Assembly (NCBI RefSeq): GCF_017068455.1
Contig: NZ_CP070608.1
Span: 1,157,488-1,221,487, forward strand
Source: Fulvivirga lutea
Lineage (GTDB): Bacteria; Bacteroidota; Bacteroidia; Cytophagales; Cyclobacteriaceae
Length of the DNA: 64,000 nt
Direction of reading: 5' to 3'
Part shown: piece after piece, positions 61,274 to 64,000 of the stretch
Position numbering within the stretch: position 1 is the stretch's first letter
Layout of the letters: each line of letters begins with the position of its first letter
Translations under genes and position numbers: made by a program
The notes under the pieces: generated by a model
Told to the model about the DNA's origin: nothing
Seen by the model: only the letters and a program-made list of their open reading frames with translations
The model's database searches: none

Positions 61274-62668
61274 ATGGCGAATTCATATGATCTTATTGTT
61301 TTAGGAACCGGCCCTGGCGGTTATGTAGCAGCAATTAGAGCTTCTCAATTAGGAATGAAAGTAGCGGTAGTAGAGAAAGAATCTCTTGGTGGCATCTGCC
61401 TTAACTGGGGATGTATTCCTACCAAAGCTTTATTAAAGAGTGCCAATGTATTCGAATACATTCAGCATGCGGAAGATTATGGTATCAAAGTAAAAGGCGC
61501 AGATGTGAATTTTGCAGAAGTTGTAAAAAGAAGCCGTGGTGTAGCTGAAGGAATGAGTAAAGGTGTTCAGTTCCTGATGAAAAAGAATAAGATCGATGTG
61601 ATCATGGGGTACGGTAAGTTGAAGTCTGGCAAGAAAGTAGAAGTGGAAGATGATAAAGGTAAGAAAGAGACATATGCCGCTAACAATATTATCGTAGCAA
61701 CAGGTGGAAGATCACGAGAATTGCCTTCTATGCCTATCGATGGAAAGAAAATTATAGGCTACAGACAAGCCATGGTGTTAGACAAAGCACCTAAGAAAAT
61801 GGTGATTGTTGGTTCTGGAGCTATCGGAGTAGAGTTTGCTTATTTCTACAATGCGATGGGCACAGAAGTTACTATCGTAGAGTTTATGGATAGAATCGTT
61901 CCTGTGGAGGATGAAGAAGTTTCTAAGCAATTAGAAAGAACGTTTAAGAAAGCGGGCATGAAGATCATGACAAGCTCAGAGGTAACGAAAGTTGATACGA
62001 AAGGAAGCGGCTGTAAAGTAACTGTGAAAACTAAGAAAGGTGAGGAGCAGTTGGATTGTGATATCGTACTTTCTGCAGTTGGTGTTGCTACAAACCTTGA
62101 GAACATTGGTTTAGAAGATGTAGGTGTAGCTACTGACAAAGGCAAAGTAGTCGTAGACGATTACTACAAAACAAATATGCCTGGTATTTATGCCATCGGT
62201 GATATTGTTCATGGTCCTGCATTGGCACACGTTGCTTCCGCAGAAGGTATCATTTGTGTTGAGAAAATTGCTGGTGAAAACCCTGAGCCATTAGATTACA
62301 ACAACATCCCTGGATGTACCTATTGCAGTCCTGAGATTGCTTCTGTTGGTTACACGGAGGCAAAAGCAAAAGAAGCTGGCTATGAATTGAAGGTGGGCAA
62401 ATTCCCATTCTCAGCTTCTGGTAAGGCAAGTGCTGCGGGTGCAAAAGATGGATTTGTGAAATTGATCTTTGATGCTAAATATGGTGAGTTATTAGGAGCA
62501 CATATGATTGGTGCTAATGTAACTGAAATGATTGCTGAAATTGTCGCTATCAGAAAACTGGAAACAACCGGTCATGAGTTAATCAAAACTGTTCACCCTC
62601 ACCCAACCATGTCTGAGGCAGTGATGGAAGCAGCCGCAGCGGCTTATGATGAAGTGATTCATATTTAA
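61274..62668 (+). CDS. lpd: dihydrolipoyl dehydrogenase (second paralog)
   Basis: 464 aa; YDLIVLGTGPGGYVAA and GGICLNWGCIPTK. It is a standalone gene, whereas the first copy follows sucAB. Confidence 0.9.
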   Translation: MANSYDLIVLGTGPGGYVAAIRASQLGMKVAVVEKESLGGICLNWGCIPTKALLKSANVFEYIQHAEDYGIKVKGADVNFAEVVKRSRGVAEGMSKGVQFLMKKNKIDVIMGYGKLKSGKKVEVEDDKGKKETYAANNIIVATGGRSRELPSMPIDGKKIIGYRQAMVLDKAPKKMVIVGSGAIGVEFAYFYNAMGTEVTIVEFMDRIVPVEDEEVSKQLERTFKKAGMKIMTSSEVTKVDTKGSGCKVTVKTKKGEEQLDCDIVLSAVGVATNLENIGLEDVGVATDKGKVVVDDYYKTNMPGIYAIGDIVHGPALAHVASAEGIICVEKIAGENPEPLDYNNIPGCTYCSPEIASVGYTEAKAKEAGYELKVGKFPFSASGKASAAGAKDGFVKLIFDAKYGELLGAHMIGANVTEMIAEIVAIRKLETTGHELIKTVHPHPTMSEAVMEAAAAAYDEVIHI

Positions 62669-62690
62669 TTAGTACTGAAATAGATAATTA

Positions 62691-62717
62691 AAGCCTCCCA
62701 ACCGGGAGGCTTTTTTA
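62691..62717 (+). terminator. bidirectional rho-independent terminator (AAGCCTCCCAACCGGGAGGCTTTTTT)
   Basis: Seen directly; it lies 23 bp after the lpd stop, and the convergent gene ends at 62722. Confidence 0.8.
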
Positions 62718-62721
62718 ATAA

Positions 62722-63390
62722 TTACATTTTGAATGTACCAGGAATGATTTTACCCTCAGAACAGTAAAAAGTGTATTCATTTTGATCATACCCTTTAAGG
62801 CGAATAAAAATTGGTTCTTTATCATGCCATTTTACACTGTGCTTTAATGTGTCACCTGTAGGTGCAAAATAGACCTCATTTATTAGAGTGTCATACCAAT
62901 AAACTGCAGATCTAAATTGTCTACCATTTGGGTAAAAACTCTCACTTTGTTGATGTTTAAATCCATTTTTTATTTTAGTTTCTGCTGCTACATTACTCAT
63001 ATCGAAGTACTCTACCTTTAAGTACATGTTATTACCTAACGGTTTCATTTGAGTAGAATAATATTCAGTACGCATGGGTTTGCCTAATGATGAGGTTTGC
63101 TTGCTTGGTGTAAAAAAGAAGGCATACATTAGGAAAGAAAAGATAATACCCAACACTGAAAAAAGTATAATTTGCTTTATGAGAACGTTCTTATTTCTCA
63201 GCTTCATTCTTTGGTTAATTTCAGTCAAATCTTCTTTGGAAGCTTTTTTGAACTTATAGACTCTTTTAATTTTTGATTGTCCCTGATGTTCTTTTAAAGT
63301 TTCAAATCCTCTTTTCTTTCTAAGTAATGCACGATTACTTTTAATTGTGTTAATCATTGCCTGAAGTGATCCGAAACCACCTCCTGCCAT
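62722..63390 (-). CDS. hypothetical membrane-anchored protein
   Basis: 222 aa ORF; basic N-terminus, one TM (IILFSVLGIIFSFLMYAFFF), C-terminal soluble domain; no recognised motif. Confidence 0.45.
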   Translation of the reverse strand: MAGGGFGSLQAMINTIKSNRALLRKKRGFETLKEHQGQSKIKRVYKFKKASKEDLTEINQRMKLRNKNVLIKQIILFSVLGIIFSFLMYAFFFTPSKQTSSLGKPMRTEYYSTQMKPLGNNMYLKVEYFDMSNVAAETKIKNGFKHQQSESFYPNGRQFRSAVYWYDTLINEVYFAPTGDTLKHSVKWHDKEPIFIRLKGYDQNEYTFYCSEGKIIPGTFKM

Positions 63391-63536
63391 AATGTAAGTT
63401 TTAACTATCTATTAATGATGTTGAGCAATAATATGTAACTCAGTTCATATATTTTATAATCATTTCAAATTCAATGAATTCACTCCTTTTTAACTCTTAG
63501 AATTTAAATAACTTTACTATCCCTCAATATTTTAAT

Positions 63537-64000
63537 ATGATGATGAAACATAGATTGTATATATCACTTTTTGCACTCTTTTTATCTGTTGCTGCTTACG
63601 CTCAGGATGCAGACCAGATGAATGACATTTATCAAAAAGCAAATGATAAACTGGAGAAGGGAGATTACAGAGGTGCGGCTTTAGACTATTCCCAATTGAT
63701 CAACTCGAAGTTTGATGATAACGAGGTGTATGTTAAGCGAGGTATAGCAAACTATCACCTGAAAAAATATGACGAGGCACAGTCAGATTTTAATGATGCT
63801 CAGAAAAACAAGGTGAGTTCCGGAGAATTGTTTGGTTACCTCGGAATGACCAAATACGAATTGAAAGACTATCAGGGAGCTGCCTCAGACTTGGAAAGGG
63901 GAGCGAGTATGGGTTTCAAAAACCCGGAAGGGCTGTTCAACCTGGGTAATGCTAAATTCAGATTAGAGAGTTATCAGGATGCTGTAAAATACTATAATCA
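63537..64000 (+). CDS. secreted TPR-repeat protein (3' end beyond the window)
   Basis: ATG at 63537 (MMMKHRLYISLFALFLSVAAYAQD signal), then TPR-like repeats (YRGAALDYSQLI, YDEAQSDFNDAQ, YQGAASDLERGA, YQDAVKYYN). The frame is open to the window end. Confidence 0.6.
   Translation, partial: MMMKHRLYISLFALFLSVAAYAQDADQMNDIYQKANDKLEKGDYRGAALDYSQLINSKFDDNEVYVKRGIANYHLKKYDEAQSDFNDAQKNKVSSGELFGYLGMTKYELKDYQGAASDLERGASMGFKNPEGLFNLGNAKFRLESYQDAVKYYN

Overview
This is a low-GC chromosomal segment that looks like Bacteroidetes (Cytophagia/Flavobacteriia-like). The evidence for that is gliding-motility genes (gldH, gldA/gldF/gldG plus a DUF4340-like gene), TAnnTTTG -7 promoter elements in front of ribosomal-protein genes, and many FtsX/TonB/TPR proteins. 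Most of the window is housekeeping. Recognised genes include purD, trkA/trkH, class Ia ribonucleotide reductase nrdA/nrdB, rplU-rpmA, the sucA-sucB-lpdA 2-oxoglutarate dehydrogenase operon, rpsP-rimM-trmD ... rplS, fbaA, accD, a flotillin/NfeD pair, hemE, nqrF, an osmC-metY-metX-hom methionine cluster, fabG and a second lpd paralog. No rRNA, tRNA, CRISPR array, integrase or transposase was recognised. The parts that stand out are listed below.

1. An operon encoding a YjiK-like beta-propeller and a 1214-aa secreted protein. The large protein combines a calcineurin-like phosphoesterase, a central domain with a kinase-like GDWDRHDD/DRD motif, and a C-terminal Omp85 beta-barrel.
2. A translationally coupled pair: an LDH/MDH-fold dehydrogenase and an arginase-fold protein whose metal-ligand motifs appear degenerate.
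3. A small radical-SAM/SPASM-like enzyme next to a Cys-rich TonB-C protein and an S9 peptidase, flanked by repeat elements.
4. At least two families of short palindromic intergenic repeats, one MITE-like with terminal inverted repeats. One copy sits inside the leader of the methionine operon, between a candidate SAM-I riboswitch and the first gene.
5. An orphan cytoplasmic histidine kinase and two unknown small genes inserted into the conserved rpsP-rimM-trmD-rplS cluster.

All functional calls rest on motif recognition by eye, not on database searches.
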